Assembly: GCA_965261595.1 (NCBI GenBank)
Contig: CBDHDG010000003.1
Location: forward strand, 276,947-340,946
From: a bacterium
GTDB lineage: Bacteria > UBA8248 > JACPRG01 > G963555815
DNA length: 64,000 bases
Reading direction: 5' to 3'
Position numbers and translations under genes: made by a program. Below are positions 50,839 through 61,512 of the stretch, in pieces. The notes under the pieces were generated by a model that saw only the letters and a list, made by a program, of their open reading frames with translations, did not search any database and was not told the DNA's origin. Every line of letters begins with the position of its first letter. Positions within the stretch are counted from its first letter, which is position 1.

Positions 50839-52980
50839 ATGACGAGAAGCGGATCTGAAGTGATTCATCAGGCTCTTCACGGCTACGCCGATGGCCATCG
50901 CCTGATAAGAAGCTCGATTCAGTTGACGAAGTCGTCCGAACGCGAACTCAGTATACTTACGGATCTATCGGGGAGCACGGGAGGTGAGGCATTCGAGAGT
51001 TATATTACCGGGTACCCACTCCCTGGCACGAATATCTACGCTTTTTCTCGTACTTGGTCAGCTACAGAGATGCCGCGGCCCGGTTGCGTATGGACTCACA
51101 CGTTGCTTGTCGATCGTGATGATCTTACTACTGTTGGCATTGATAATCTGCATCAACTCTTCCGTCGGCCTCAAGAGCCGAACGACCAGATGCCTTACTC
51201 CGAGCCGATCGTACCGAGACGACTTCTGTTTCCAGCCCTGATTCTGCCACCTCGCTCGCACTTGGCAGCAATCCTTGGTGCCCTGTACGCCGATAAGGCC
51301 CAGGCGACTGCGTTCGTAATCGACAGTCCGCACGAGATCGAGGCCGGTCTGTTGGCAGTGTGGTCTCAGCAATGGCCAGCTCTTGCGAGTAGTTTTACGT
51401 TTTGCACAGGCGCCATCAACCCGCGAAGAATCGATGGAGAGTCATTCGACTTGCAGTTCATTCCGCGTCACTTCTATCGATCGTCTAGATGGAAGGACAC
51501 GTCGATTCTAATGAAGGGCAGGATGAAGCCAGTACATCAACCGCCGAAGTGGCTCGATGTCGGGATCGATGACGTGTACGTGAAGGATCGTCCAAGTAAA
51601 TTGAAAGAGTTTATGTCGTTCATCGGTAAAGACTTGGGGCCGGATCGATCCGTGTTCGGAGCGCTCGTCAACGTGTTTGCTAGCGCGCAGCGATTGGTAT
51701 CGACAGGTGGGACCATTGAGGAGGTAGTAAAGGTTGTTGCTGATGAGTTTCCAAAGGAACATCAGGCTAGGCAACTGAAAAGAGCGCTGTTCGGCCCACC
51801 TTCGGCACGTCAGGCGTCTCTTCTTGGCGACCGTAAAGAAGGTGAGATTCTTGATGCTCTTCTTTCTTCCGGAGCGTGTGACTCCCGCGAGTTGGAAGTA
51901 AGGAACAGAGCAAAGCAAGGATGGCAAGAAGGTGCTCTTACTTGGGATCTGTTGCAAACTGCGTACTCTGTAAGGACTGAGTCGACTGTCGCAAAAGACA
52001 TCTTAGCAGGTATCGCAGCCGCTATTGATGCCGATGATCTTCGACAGGCGAGAGACACCGAAGGGTTGCTTGACGCACTCGTTAAGCTGCGACCTTCTCT
52101 ACTTGAGATCCCAGAAACATGGCAAGGGTCCGAGGAGGAGCAGCGACAATTCAGTGAGATTCTGTCATCACAGTTCCGCAGTAACGTGGCGTTCGACAAA
52201 GTTGTTCGAGCAATGTGGAAGGTCAATAGTGATGCAGCGGCTCTTGAAGTTATAACGACCGGCGGCAGTACGGCGGTGTCGACTGTACTCGATCTGATCG
52301 ATCTCAGTGAAGAATCCGGATACTCAGGGCACCAACCGTCGAAGAAGAGGTGGCTAGATGCCATTCAGTCACAACCACAAGCTGTGATCATGTTGCTAAA
52401 CAAGTCTAATGAGTTGATGAGAGCTTCGTTGCGTGCCCTGTCGAAAGTTCTCGACCCACTGGATCCTGATGTCCAACGTGTGGATTCTGCGGCATGGCTG
52501 AGGGCTCTCAGTGACACCAGCCACCAGAAGTTGGGTCGGGACAAAGGAGTTGCGACTTTCATTCTGATTGCAGGCCTGACGAAGGAAGGTTCCAGCAGCG
52601 ATGAGTTGATATGCCGGAGCTTCGATTCAGTCCATAAGGCGATCCTGGACGGAAAATTATCAAATCAGTGGTGGGGCCGTCTTCAGTCGGTGTTGGACGA
52701 GTTGCCGTGGTGGCGGCGCTGGGATAGAGCCGAAGCACTGCGTCTCACAGTGGTCAAGCGATGTGTCGAGAGGGAGTGGCCAGCAAGAAGTTTTCTACGT
52801 CTCGCTGAAGAACGCAGTCGGTTAACGTTGTTGGTCCGTACGGTGCGGACGTTTCCGGATGGCCAAGAATACCTAGCGGTGGTGAGTAAGGATGCTGCCT
52901 CACACCTAGATAGAGAGCCAAAGTGGAAGACGAGGAGTTTGTCGGAAGGTCTCAAGACGGAAGAGGAATCGCTTCTGTAG
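50839..52980 (+). CDS. GAP1-N1-like domain protein with long helical C-terminus
   Basis: IHQALHGYADGHRLI.SS, TDLSG, YITGYPL, RTW.A.EMPRPGCVWTHTLL and AVWSQQWP.L...FTFCT. Confidence 0.78.
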   Translation: MTRSGSEVIHQALHGYADGHRLIRSSIQLTKSSERELSILTDLSGSTGGEAFESYITGYPLPGTNIYAFSRTWSATEMPRPGCVWTHTLLVDRDDLTTVGIDNLHQLFRRPQEPNDQMPYSEPIVPRRLLFPALILPPRSHLAAILGALYADKAQATAFVIDSPHEIEAGLLAVWSQQWPALASSFTFCTGAINPRRIDGESFDLQFIPRHFYRSSRWKDTSILMKGRMKPVHQPPKWLDVGIDDVYVKDRPSKLKEFMSFIGKDLGPDRSVFGALVNVFASAQRLVSTGGTIEEVVKVVADEFPKEHQARQLKRALFGPPSARQASLLGDRKEGEILDALLSSGACDSRELEVRNRAKQGWQEGALTWDLLQTAYSVRTESTVAKDILAGIAAAIDADDLRQARDTEGLLDALVKLRPSLLEIPETWQGSEEEQRQFSEILSSQFRSNVAFDKVVRAMWKVNSDAAALEVITTGGSTAVSTVLDLIDLSEESGYSGHQPSKKRWLDAIQSQPQAVIMLLNKSNELMRASLRALSKVLDPLDPDVQRVDSAAWLRALSDTSHQKLGRDKGVATFILIAGLTKEGSSSDELICRSFDSVHKAILDGKLSNQWWGRLQSVLDELPWWRRWDRAEALRLTVVKRCVEREWPARSFLRLAEERSRLTLLVRTVRTFPDGQEYLAVVSKDAASHLDREPKWKTRSLSEGLKTEEESLL

Positions 52981-52997
52981 AACGGTTGAAAGGCGCT

Positions 52998-53260
52998 TGA
53001 CCTGCTGCCCCCTTTAACCGGATTCATGAGGTGGGCGAAAGCCGGTGGACGTAAAGGCTTCCCCACGAGCGGTGGGTAGGGTCCTCCAAGAGGATATGTC
53101 TTTCCCTCCGACACGCCAATCCGGGAAGCCCCGAGGCCGGTTTGGTGGTGATGTGCACCGTTTCCGACGCGTCCGCGGCTTCCGGGACATGCCCCGACTG
53201 AAGCTCGCCTTGGTTGACCAATCCTCCCTCTTCAAACCACGGGAGATGGCCACTTAGAAC
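52998..53260 (-). mobile_element. IS-end remnant sharing sequence with the IS3 3' tail at ~32650-32790
   Basis: Reverse complement contains AAGACATA...CTTTACGTCCACCGGCT.TCGCCCACCTCA; IS-like terminus TGACCTGCTGCCCCC at 52998. Confidence 0.5.
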
Positions 53261-53510
53261 CCATCAACCAGGAGCCCGCCACCGGTAACTTCAACAGCGA
53301 GCGAGACAACCCCAAGGTAATGGAACTTATCTTATTTCTTTCCTTCTATCAGGTCGTCGCTTCCCGCCCGTCCAATTGTCTCTGTTTTCGTTCCAAGTCG
53401 CTGGGGCTGGCATCCAAAGATAACAGCATCCGTAGAAGACAAATTTCAACGATTCTCTCCTTGGCTGCCGTGCACTACGTCTTCATGCGGCAGGAAACTG
53501 CACCGAAATC

Positions 53511-53861
53511 TCACGCATTTTCACACGACGGGTCCGACGGGACCGAGATCTCCGGCACGGGTTTCGTCGGATCGTCCGGCAATTCCGGCGCGACTTGGGA
53601 GATATTCCTGCTGATTTCCTCGACCTCGTCCCCTCGTCCGGCCCTCTCCATGTCCCGGGCAATGGCCTGGGCCGCGAACATCGCCGACCGAAGAAGCTGG
53701 ATTTCATGCTCCGTGCGGGGCCACTCCCTGTGGTCTAGCGCCTCCATCGCGAGCTCGACCACGAGCTGGTTCGCCGAAATCCCCCGCTCCTCCGCCTCTT
53801 TTTCGATCCTCTTCCATTGCCCGGGCGTGGCCCGAATGTTCTTTTGCAGTGTCTGAGCCAT
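53511..53861 (-). CDS. ribbon-helix-helix-like small DNA-binding protein
   Basis: MAQTLQKNIRATPGQWKRIEKEAEERGISANQLVVELAMEAL shows a beta-alpha-alpha pattern. Confidence 0.6.
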   Translation of the reverse strand: MAQTLQKNIRATPGQWKRIEKEAEERGISANQLVVELAMEALDHREWPRTEHEIQLLRSAMFAAQAIARDMERAGRGDEVEEISRNISQVAPELPDDPTKPVPEISVPSDPSCENA

Positions 53862-54541
53862 CCGTTCCGCCGATCCTTTTGTGAAGACTTCAGTCCATTC
53901 CGGTCCCGAAACAACCGCAAAGTCCAGCTTCTTTACACCGCACACCCTCGTCCCGGACCGGAGAAAACTTCCGAATGATGCCGGAGGCCGAACAACCAAA
54001 TTGGTAGCCATCATAGCGCAGCGCGGATCCGCGCGCGACCAGTCTGGTATCGGGCGTATGCCGCTTGAGATCTCACTCGAACTCCGGGCACTATGCGCGC
54101 TTGGATAAACGTAACAATATCAGTGAGATAGCGTCGTATGCCCCCGAGCCACCATATTGGTAGGACTTTTTCCGGCATCACGGAGACGCCGTAAGTGATT
54201 GATTGCGCACAGGAATGCAGGACAAGCGCGCGCATGGGGCACACATGCAGCCTGCTGCGTCGGGTGTGAGAGTAAAAGCGCCGACCGGCGTCCGACAGAC
54301 CAAAATGTGAGGAACGAGCGAAGAGGGGATCTCCGCGGGCGCGTGACGCGCGTGGGAGCCGCCGCGGCGATTGAGCGGGCGGCCGTGCGGAGCATGGTGC
54401 ATGGAGCAGTGCGGGGCGGTGCGAGCAGTGGGGTCCGCACCGGTGCGGTGCGAAGAGCGGCGGGCGGTGCGGCAGCGGGCAACGCGGAAGAAGAACGGGC
54501 CGCGCCGCCGGGTGGCGACGCGACCCGCGAGGTCGTTGGGC

Positions 54542-55465
54542 TCAGGCGGCGACGCACTGGACCGGGATGCCGAGCTTGCGCGCCTTGTCGACCAGATTGT
54601 CGGTGATGCCCGAACCCGGGAACGCGATGACGCCCTTGGGGAGGAGATTGAGCAGCTCGTCATTGCGCCGGAAGGGCGCCGCGCGTCCGTGTGCGTCCCA
54701 GTTGGGCTTGCAGACGATCTGGTGGACACCGTTGCGGTCCGCCCACTTGGCCGCGACCTTCTCGACGCCGGGGCCGCCGCCGTGGACCAGGACCACGTCG
54801 TCGTACTTGGCCTTGAGCTTCTCGAGGGTGCGGATGATGGCGCCTGCGTCGCCGGCGTGCTTGCCGCCTGCCACCGCGACGAGCGTTCCCTGGGGCAGGA
54901 GGGCCTTGTTCTCGCGGTCCCTGCGGGCACGCTGGAAGTCGCGGGCATCGATCATGGCCGAAGTGAGCTTGCCGGTCTGGGAGGTGTGGGACCCGCGCCG
55001 GGGCCGCCAGAGGTCTCCGGTCTCGACCCGGTAAGCCTCGGCCGCTGCATCGCGGAGTTGCTCGAAGGCGTCCCGCCGGTCCGTGAGGTTCTTGGTTCGG
55101 TCGGTGACGAGTTCGAGCTCTCGGGACCGGATCTCCGAGCCGTCCTGCTCTCGCTGGAGGTCGCGCATGTCGGGGAGGAGCCTGTCGGCCGCGCGGTCGA
55201 GGCGTTGGGTCTGGGCGTCGAGCATGTTGACGAATCCCCAGAGCAGGCTCTCGCGCTCGTCGGCGAGTTGCGTTCCGTCGGGGGCGACGCCGTGTGCCAT
55301 GATGCGGAAGGCCTCCGTGACGGCGGAGAGGGCGTTCTCCGGGTCCCAGACCTCCCGGTTGTCGAATTCGTCGCGCTCTGGGGTTGCTCCGAAGAGAGCC
55401 GCCTGCTCGCAGACGGTGGCGGTGACGGACTGGTTCTGTTCTGAGATGTTGTCGATATCGTGCAT
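54542..55465 (-). CDS. DUF2493 / SLOG (YspA-like) domain protein
   Basis: VAVAGG, VLVHGGGPGVEKVAAKWA, AAPFRRNDELL and IAFPGSGIT.NLVDKAR; AAGGAG RBS. Confidence 0.8.
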   Translation of the reverse strand: MHDIDNISEQNQSVTATVCEQAALFGATPERDEFDNREVWDPENALSAVTEAFRIMAHGVAPDGTQLADERESLLWGFVNMLDAQTQRLDRAADRLLPDMRDLQREQDGSEIRSRELELVTDRTKNLTDRRDAFEQLRDAAAEAYRVETGDLWRPRRGSHTSQTGKLTSAMIDARDFQRARRDRENKALLPQGTLVAVAGGKHAGDAGAIIRTLEKLKAKYDDVVLVHGGGPGVEKVAAKWADRNGVHQIVCKPNWDAHGRAAPFRRNDELLNLLPKGVIAFPGSGITDNLVDKARKLGIPVQCVAA

Positions 55466-56253
55466 GATGCTCTCCTTATGGATTGAGTGTAGAGAACCGT
55501 TATGGTTCGTTGTGCGGAGAGAGTCTCCGAACGTGATGGTTGAGTGGCCCACGCGCGCGCAGCGCCGTAGCCTTGCGAGCCAGGGCCGGAACGGAGCGGA
55601 GCGTAGTGTAGGACCCGCGGAGCGGGTTGGCGCAGCGAGCACGTGTGGGACAATGGTCCATCACGTCGAGAGGGATATTGTTAGCCACTGTCCCGGACGC
55701 CCTGTGCGGTTCCGGGATTGAGACCCGGGTCTCGGGCGCCGGCCCGGCAAGCGTAGCGCGCAGCGAGCGCCAGCGAGCGGAGGCGATAGGGATAGAAGCG
55801 AAAATCGGAGCGGAGCGGAGATTGCACGAAGAGCCCGGCCCGAAGGGATCGCCCGAAGACGGCATGGCCCGTCACCGCAACGGACGCGTATCGACGAGTG
55901 GCTCCGCAACCTCGCAGGCGAGATTGCCATCGTGGTAGACCCTGGACTCGTACGGGCGATGTTCCTCAAGGTAACGGATTGCATTTCGGTTCTCCTTCCG
56001 TGTTGCCGGTGCCCGGGGCCCTCTCTCTCCCTCCTCGCGGCGTTCGCCCCTCTCCCGCTTCACTCTCCCCTCCGTTCCGCCAGGACGGAGGCCGTCCATG
56101 CCGCGGCGCGGGCGAGGACCTGCCCATGGCAGGGCAGCGGCGCGCATCAGAAGGCCAGCGGCTTGCCGTGAAGGGCCGCGAGCGCCGCCCGCAGGGCTGG
56201 CGCATGCCTGAGATTGACGATGTGCGCCATGCTCTCTTCTCCTTTCGATCCGT

Positions 56254-57288
56254 TCACCCCTCCCCCGCTCTTCCCTCCCTCTCTCCGACCCGCTGCGGCG
56301 CGGGGAACAGGGCGGCGAGCCGAAGGGCCAGGGCCCGGGGTCCGAGAGTAACCAGGTCGTCGTTGAAGTCGCCGTATTCGGAGACGATGACGTGGGCGGC
56401 GACGCCCGCCCGCGCGCAGCGCCGGGCGAGGCGTTGGGCGGCCCGTTTGCCCTCGGAATCGTTGTCGCGGGCGATGACGAGCCGTTTGAGCCCGCCAGGT
56501 GGAGCGAAGGCGCCGAGGCTTCCGGCCGAGAGCGCGGCCGCCGAAATGACCCCGGGCGCCGCGGTGACGATCGACAGCACCGTCTCGATGCCTTCGCCGA
56601 CGAGCAGCGAAGCGCCGTCGGCGGGCTTGCCGAAGCACACGGCGCGTCCGTGGATGCGGCCGAGCGCCTTGCGCGGGGCCGCATCCACGGACGCCTTGGC
56701 GGGCAAGCGCGAATCGAGCCAGGTGCGCTGCACGCCTTGGATGGCGCCGTCGTCGCCGGTCACGGCGGCGACCAGCGCCGGAAAACGGCGCAGGGAAGAG
56801 CCTTCGCGATAGCGAAGCTCGGGATGGAAGCGCAATGCCGGGAACCGGCAGCGCGCGAGCCCGCGGGCGTGGAGGTAGGCTTCGGCATGGGTGCCGCCGA
56901 TGGCGCGGCAACGCCGCCAGAGGCGGCGGGCCGCTTCTGTTGCGTCGTAGCCCTCGCCCGGCGCCGGCGGAGCCGGCAGGGCGAGGGAGGCGCGGGCCTC
57001 GGCGAGCGCCGCGCGAAGCGTCGGCGCGCCCGAGCGATGCCGGACGAGATCGAGCAGGTCGCCGTGCTCTCCGGTGGCCGCGTCGGTCCACTTCCCGGGG
57101 ACGCCGGGACCGTGCAGGCGGACGAAGAGCGAGCGGCCGCGAGCGCCTTCGAGATCGCCGGCGACCCAGTACCGGCCCTGCTTTTTGCCCTGGGGCAGGT
57201 AACGCCGGCAGACGGCCTCGGCGCACGCGCCGAGCGCGGCGGCGATGTCGGCGGCGGGAGATGCGGAACGGGACGATGGGGGCGGCAT
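56254..57288 (-). CDS. TOPRIM-domain primase-like protein (plasmid/ICE type)
   Basis: GKWTDAATGEHGDLLDL, AEAYL..RGL, LRFHP, VQRTWL, VGEGIETVLS and IARDND..G. Confidence 0.85.
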   Translation of the reverse strand: MPPPSSRSASPAADIAAALGACAEAVCRRYLPQGKKQGRYWVAGDLEGARGRSLFVRLHGPGVPGKWTDAATGEHGDLLDLVRHRSGAPTLRAALAEARASLALPAPPAPGEGYDATEAARRLWRRCRAIGGTHAEAYLHARGLARCRFPALRFHPELRYREGSSLRRFPALVAAVTGDDGAIQGVQRTWLDSRLPAKASVDAAPRKALGRIHGRAVCFGKPADGASLLVGEGIETVLSIVTAAPGVISAAALSAGSLGAFAPPGGLKRLVIARDNDSEGKRAAQRLARRCARAGVAAHVIVSEYGDFNDDLVTLGPRALALRLAALFPAPQRVGEREGRAGEG

Positions 57289-57482
57289 GACGGGCCTCCT
57301 CTGGATGGACGGGGAAGGCCCGATACCGGCCGGCCTCCGCCTCCGGCCGGCGCCGGAGGACGAAGCGCCGCGCGCAGCGCTGGCGCGAGGCCCGAACGGG
57401 CGCTGTCTCGGAACGGGCAGCAAGAAAAAGGGCCGACGCGCGAAGCGCCGGCCCAGGTAGAGGGAGGAAACGGAATGGCCGA

Positions 57483-57908
57483 TCAGAACGGGATCTCGTC
57501 CACCGCCGCATCGGCGGACGGCGTCTCCGCCTCCGCGACCGGCGCGCCGTTGCCGTTGGGCTTGTCGAGGAACTGCACGCGCCCGCCCGGAACCAACAGG
57601 ATCTCGGTCGAGAACCGGTCGGAGTCCTCGTCGTCCTTCTTCCAGCGACGGGTCTGCAGCTTGCCAGCCACATAGACCAGCCGGCCCTTCGTCGCGTGCT
57701 TCTCGAACATGTCCACCAGCCCGGGCTGGAAGGTCACGACCCGGTGCCACTCGGTCTTGTCGACCCGGTCTCCGGTCTGCTTATCGATGTAGCCCTCGTC
57801 GGTGGCGATCGACAGGTTGGCCACGCGTCCGCCGCTGGTGAGGTGGTTGACGGTGACGTCGGCGCCGAGGCGGCCGATCACTTCAGCGCGATTGAGTCCG
57901 AAGGCCAT
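57483..57908 (-). CDS. ssb: single-stranded DNA-binding protein
   Basis: NRAEVIGRLGAD, SIATDE, TEWHRVV, KGRLVYVAGKLQTRRW and C-terminal DEIPF. Confidence 0.95.
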   Translation of the reverse strand: MAFGLNRAEVIGRLGADVTVNHLTSGGRVANLSIATDEGYIDKQTGDRVDKTEWHRVVTFQPGLVDMFEKHATKGRLVYVAGKLQTRRWKKDDEDSDRFSTEILLVPGGRVQFLDKPNGNGAPVAEAETPSADAAVDEIPF

Positions 57909-57998
57909 GATCATTCTCCTTAGAGTTAAGGGTGTGGAAGACAACGGGTGATGTGAAAAGGGGGGAGAGCCTCTCTCTCCGGCCCCTTGGTTCACCCC

Positions 57999-58139
57999 CT
58001 AGAAAAGCTCCTCTCCTTCGCCGGTGTCGGCATGGACCGCTTCGGTGAGGATCCTGCGGATGGTGTAAGAGTCGAGGCCGATCTCGGCGAGCAGTTCGTC
58101 ATCTGTGGGGAGTTCGAGGTCGAGGTCCTGGTCGAGCAT
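57999..58139 (-). CDS. small acidic hypothetical protein
   Basis: Paralog of 25131-25277. Confidence 0.55.
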   Translation of the reverse strand: MLDQDLDLELPTDDELLAEIGLDSYTIRRILTEAVHADTGEGEELF

Positions 58140-58726
58140 GGGCTTGCCTCCTGTTCGGGGGAGTTGCCGTTCCCGGCATCGGGACCGGGAGACCGTCTCC
58201 CTCTCCATGCCGGGCGTTCGCCCGGCCCTTGCTTCCCTCTGGCTCTACGGCGAGAACACGTTGTGGCGGATAGCGAGGAGACACACACGGACACCCGCCT
58301 GGAATTGCGCCCGGTTCGGAGTTCGGGTCAGATGAGGCATAGACAAAAGGGGTCAGACCTGACCGGGGAGGGAGGGTTTGCCAAGCGGGTCGGCTTCCGG
58401 TTGTTGGCGCTCTTGTGGCTGCCGCCGGGCTGGTCGCGACCGCGGCCCTGCGCTTCGGGATCCAGGCCGTGATCTGGACGCTGATGCCGCGGACCTCGTC
58501 GGGGTCACCGACCCCGGTCGCGCCGTACGGCCTGCCGCTGGCGCTGAGGTGCCGGCGGCTGTGGCAGCGTCGCTGGTGGCGGGATTGCCCGGCCCGCTCG
58601 CAATCGCCCTCTACGCGATAATCTCAAGCCTGCCGGTCCGGGCGCCGTGATGGTGGCTCGATCGGCGGGGTTGAAGCCTGAGGACGGCGGGCCGGCTGCG
58701 CAGCATGGCAACCGGAGAAAGGGGGA

Positions 58727-59584
58727 TTGGCAGTGATCAGGGTCGTGAGCTGGAATATCGGCAAACGCATGGAGCCGTGGCGCGAGCTCGCGGAGATGGC
58801 GGACCGGGGCGAGGCGGACCTCGCCTTGCTCCAGGAAGCGGGGAGCCCGCCCGGCGACCTGGCGCATCTGCTCCCATAACAAGGACGACGTAGTCTGGAG
58901 CCGTCATCTGTATGATCGCTGGTGCCTGGTCGTGGGGTTGTCCGACCGGGTCGAGGTCGAGCGCTTCCGGCAGGTCCCCCCGCTCGGCGATGTCGGTGAG
59001 GGCGACATCGGCGTGAGCGGCATCGGGACCATCGCCGCCGCCAGGGCGATCCCGCGCAACAATGAGGAAGAGGCTTTCGTGGCGGTCTCGATGTATGCGC
59101 GCTGGATGAAGCCCCATCCCTCGAGCGGGAGTCCGTGAAGGACCGGCGCTTCCGACGTTTCGGCGCACCGGATCCTCTCGGATCTGTCAGCCTTCATCGG
59201 TCACACCGACCCCTCGAAGCACCGCATTCTGGCCGCGGGCGACCTGAACATGTTCTATGGCGCTACGGGTCGCAGCCTGTCGCTGCCGGAGCGCGAGCGC
59301 ACGGTCTGGGCGCGGATGGATGCGCTCGGGCTGGAATTCATGGGGCCGCAAGCGCCGAACGGCAGGCAGGCGGCAACCCCACCGCCCGATGTCCCGGCCA
59401 GCACGGGGAACGTCCCGACGTATTATCCGCCCGGCAAGTCGGCGGCCAAAGCCGACCGCCAGCTCGACTACGTCTTCGCCTCGCGCGGCTTTCACGAGAG
59501 GGTAAAGGTTCGAGCGCTCAACGGAGTCGACGAGTGGGTCGCAGCGACCATTGCCGGCTGCTGATCGAGGTCGCCGCGGGATGA
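58727..59584 (+). pseudogene. endonuclease/exonuclease/phosphatase (EEP) family protein, disrupted
   Basis: IRVVSWNI, LALLQEA, ILAAGDLN, RQLDYVFAS and SDHC occur across several frames with an internal stop. Confidence 0.8.
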
Positions 59585-59614
59585 GGCGTCCGGCCGGCCG
59601 GTGTCAGACGTCTA

Positions 59615-60218
59615 TCACCATCCGGTGAGCGTCATCATGGGCGAGGCGTCCGTAATAATCTCGACTTCTTCCAGGGAGAGCCTGGCATAGGCCAGGCACA
59701 TGACCACCACCTCCCAGCTGTCCCAGGTCCCGTGGTCCTCGCCCGTGGCGACCTCGATCACGGTGTAGCGCGGGGGAAGGATCGGAAGACCCCGATGCCG
59801 GCCCGAGCGCGCCCAGGACCGGTGCGCGCACGGCACGCACCGTGCCGCTCCCTGCGAGGGCTCGCCGCAGTCGGTGCAACGCCACCTCTCTCGCCTGTGG
59901 GCGTAGCGCCTTCGGCTGACCGCGTTCTTCCGTGGATGACGCGCGGCCCTCGAGGGCCGCGCAGGGACCGCAGCGGGAGGCGTGGTCAAGGGCCGTTTCG
60001 CCGCATCGGCCACACCGGCCCGCTGCCCGCCGGGCGGCATACTGCTCCCGTTCGGCCGCTTGCCGCGCGTCACGGCAAATCTGGCAGGTAGCGCCGCCCC
60101 GGACGGGAGGACGGTGGCCGCAGCGCGTGCACAGGCCGGCGTCTCGATGTGCCCTGAAGCGCCGCCTGCTTCTCTCTCGCCCGATCCTTCGGCGGTCCTT
60201 GGGGTCCCTGTAAGGCAT
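59615..60218 (-). pseudogene. Cys/Arg-rich CxxC-repeat protein paralog, one frameshift
   Basis: MPYRDPKD start with three CxxCG...CxxC modules; shift near 59940. Confidence 0.65.
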
Positions 60219-60303
60219 GGACGCCTCCCATCGGGGGTGGAATCGGGACGAAGGACGCCCGGCCGGCGCCGGGCCGGCAGGACGTCCGCACAGAAAACCC
60301 GAC

Positions 60304-60609
60304 TTAGCGCTTTTGCTTGCGGTCGCAGAACAATCCCGTTGCGATCGAGCCCCAGTACTGGACGCCGGAGTTCCGGAGGCTGAGTCCGGTGCAGACGATG
60401 ATCTCGTCGCGCGCGGGCCTCATCTTCCGGATCGTCTGCCGGGACACGATCGTCCGCGGCGCCTTGGACCGGCCCCTGGTCCCCGGTCCCCCGGCGCGCA
60501 AGGGCCGGATGTCGCCCTCGACCACGTAGCGGTCGTCATCGAGACCTTGGCCGAACAGGTGGGTGAGGAAAGTGCTTGCGTTGCCGGGATGCGTCTGGAC
60601 CGTGTGCAT
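60304..60609 (-). CDS. hypothetical protein
   Basis: Paralog of 26675-26998; AAGGAGG RBS. Confidence 0.6.
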   Translation of the reverse strand: MHTVQTHPGNASTFLTHLFGQGLDDDRYVVEGDIRPLRAGGPGTRGRSKAPRTIVSRQTIRKMRPARDEIIVCTGLSLRNSGVQYWGSIATGLFCDRKQKR

Positions 60610-61067
60610 GGTTTCGTCCTCCTTCGGGTCGGTGGTCGCGGGAGGCGGAGATGTCCTCCCCGGGACATCCGTCCGCCGCCCCCCTCACGGTCCGGCTCGG
60701 CCTCTTCGCGGCGCACCGCACGTCAGGGGGAACGGACCCTCCGGCCATCGCCCCGACGGCGATACGTATGCCAAACGGCCGGATGGGAGTCTGGATCGGT
60801 GCCTATGGACCGGGTTTGTTGAAGGGGGTTCGGCGCGCGTTGGAGGCTACCCTTGAGAGACCTGCCGCCAGACTCGGTGACCGACGGCGGGCCGGCCGTT
60901 ACACGGTCAACGTTCGCCTGTCCTGGCCTCGTGCGGTCAGGTTTCAGCCGTGGATCTTCTCTCTGCAGAGGCCGCTACCGGGCATCCGGCATGGATGCGG
61001 CGGAGTGGGAATTGGGCGTGGTGGTGGGGTACGAAGGATGGTTCGAAACCGGCCGGCGACGGCTGGA

Positions 61068-61360
61068 TGACGCCATGCCTGAGAGCTTGTCCGCCACGCT
61101 CGAATGCGAGCTCATTGACCGGCGTACCTTTCCCAAACAGGCCGAAGCGCGGATGCAAAACTCGTCAGACTGCGGTTGGATGATCTTCGGCATGCCATGG
61201 CCAGCCTTGTCGTCATGTCCGGCGAAAACCTGCCGCTGGTCGGCAGGCTGCTTGGAAACCGGCGGCACAGCACGCCCCCGAGCTACGCCTAGCTCGCCGA
61301 CGCGCATCTCGTCGAGGCGGCGGAGAAGGTTGGGAGTGTAATTGCAGAGACGATGGGGTG
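61068..61360 (+). pseudogene. fused scraps of an IS3 transposase and a tyrosine recombinase C-terminus
   Basis: DAMPESLSATLECELIDRRTF..QAEARM, then LRLDDLRHAMAS..VMSGENLPLVGRLLGNRRHST..SYA*LADAHLVEAAEKVG (degenerate HxLRH..LLGH..Y). Confidence 0.7.
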
Positions 61361-61512
61361 CGGGTCCCCGCACGCCGCCGTTGCCGGGCGAAGCGGAAGA
61401 CGCCGAGCCTGCCTGCCCGCGCAGCTAGATCAGGATTTGACCCGCGCCCCGCTAGGCAGACAAACTCGCGAGGCGGGACGCCCGGCGTGCGCAGACAGGT
61501 GGGAATGGCAGG

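Noticed and set aside
54340..54480. GCGGTGCG repeats as a CRISPR array
   Set aside because: Short, irregular repeats with no constant 25-40 bp repeat-spacer period; no cas operon in the window.
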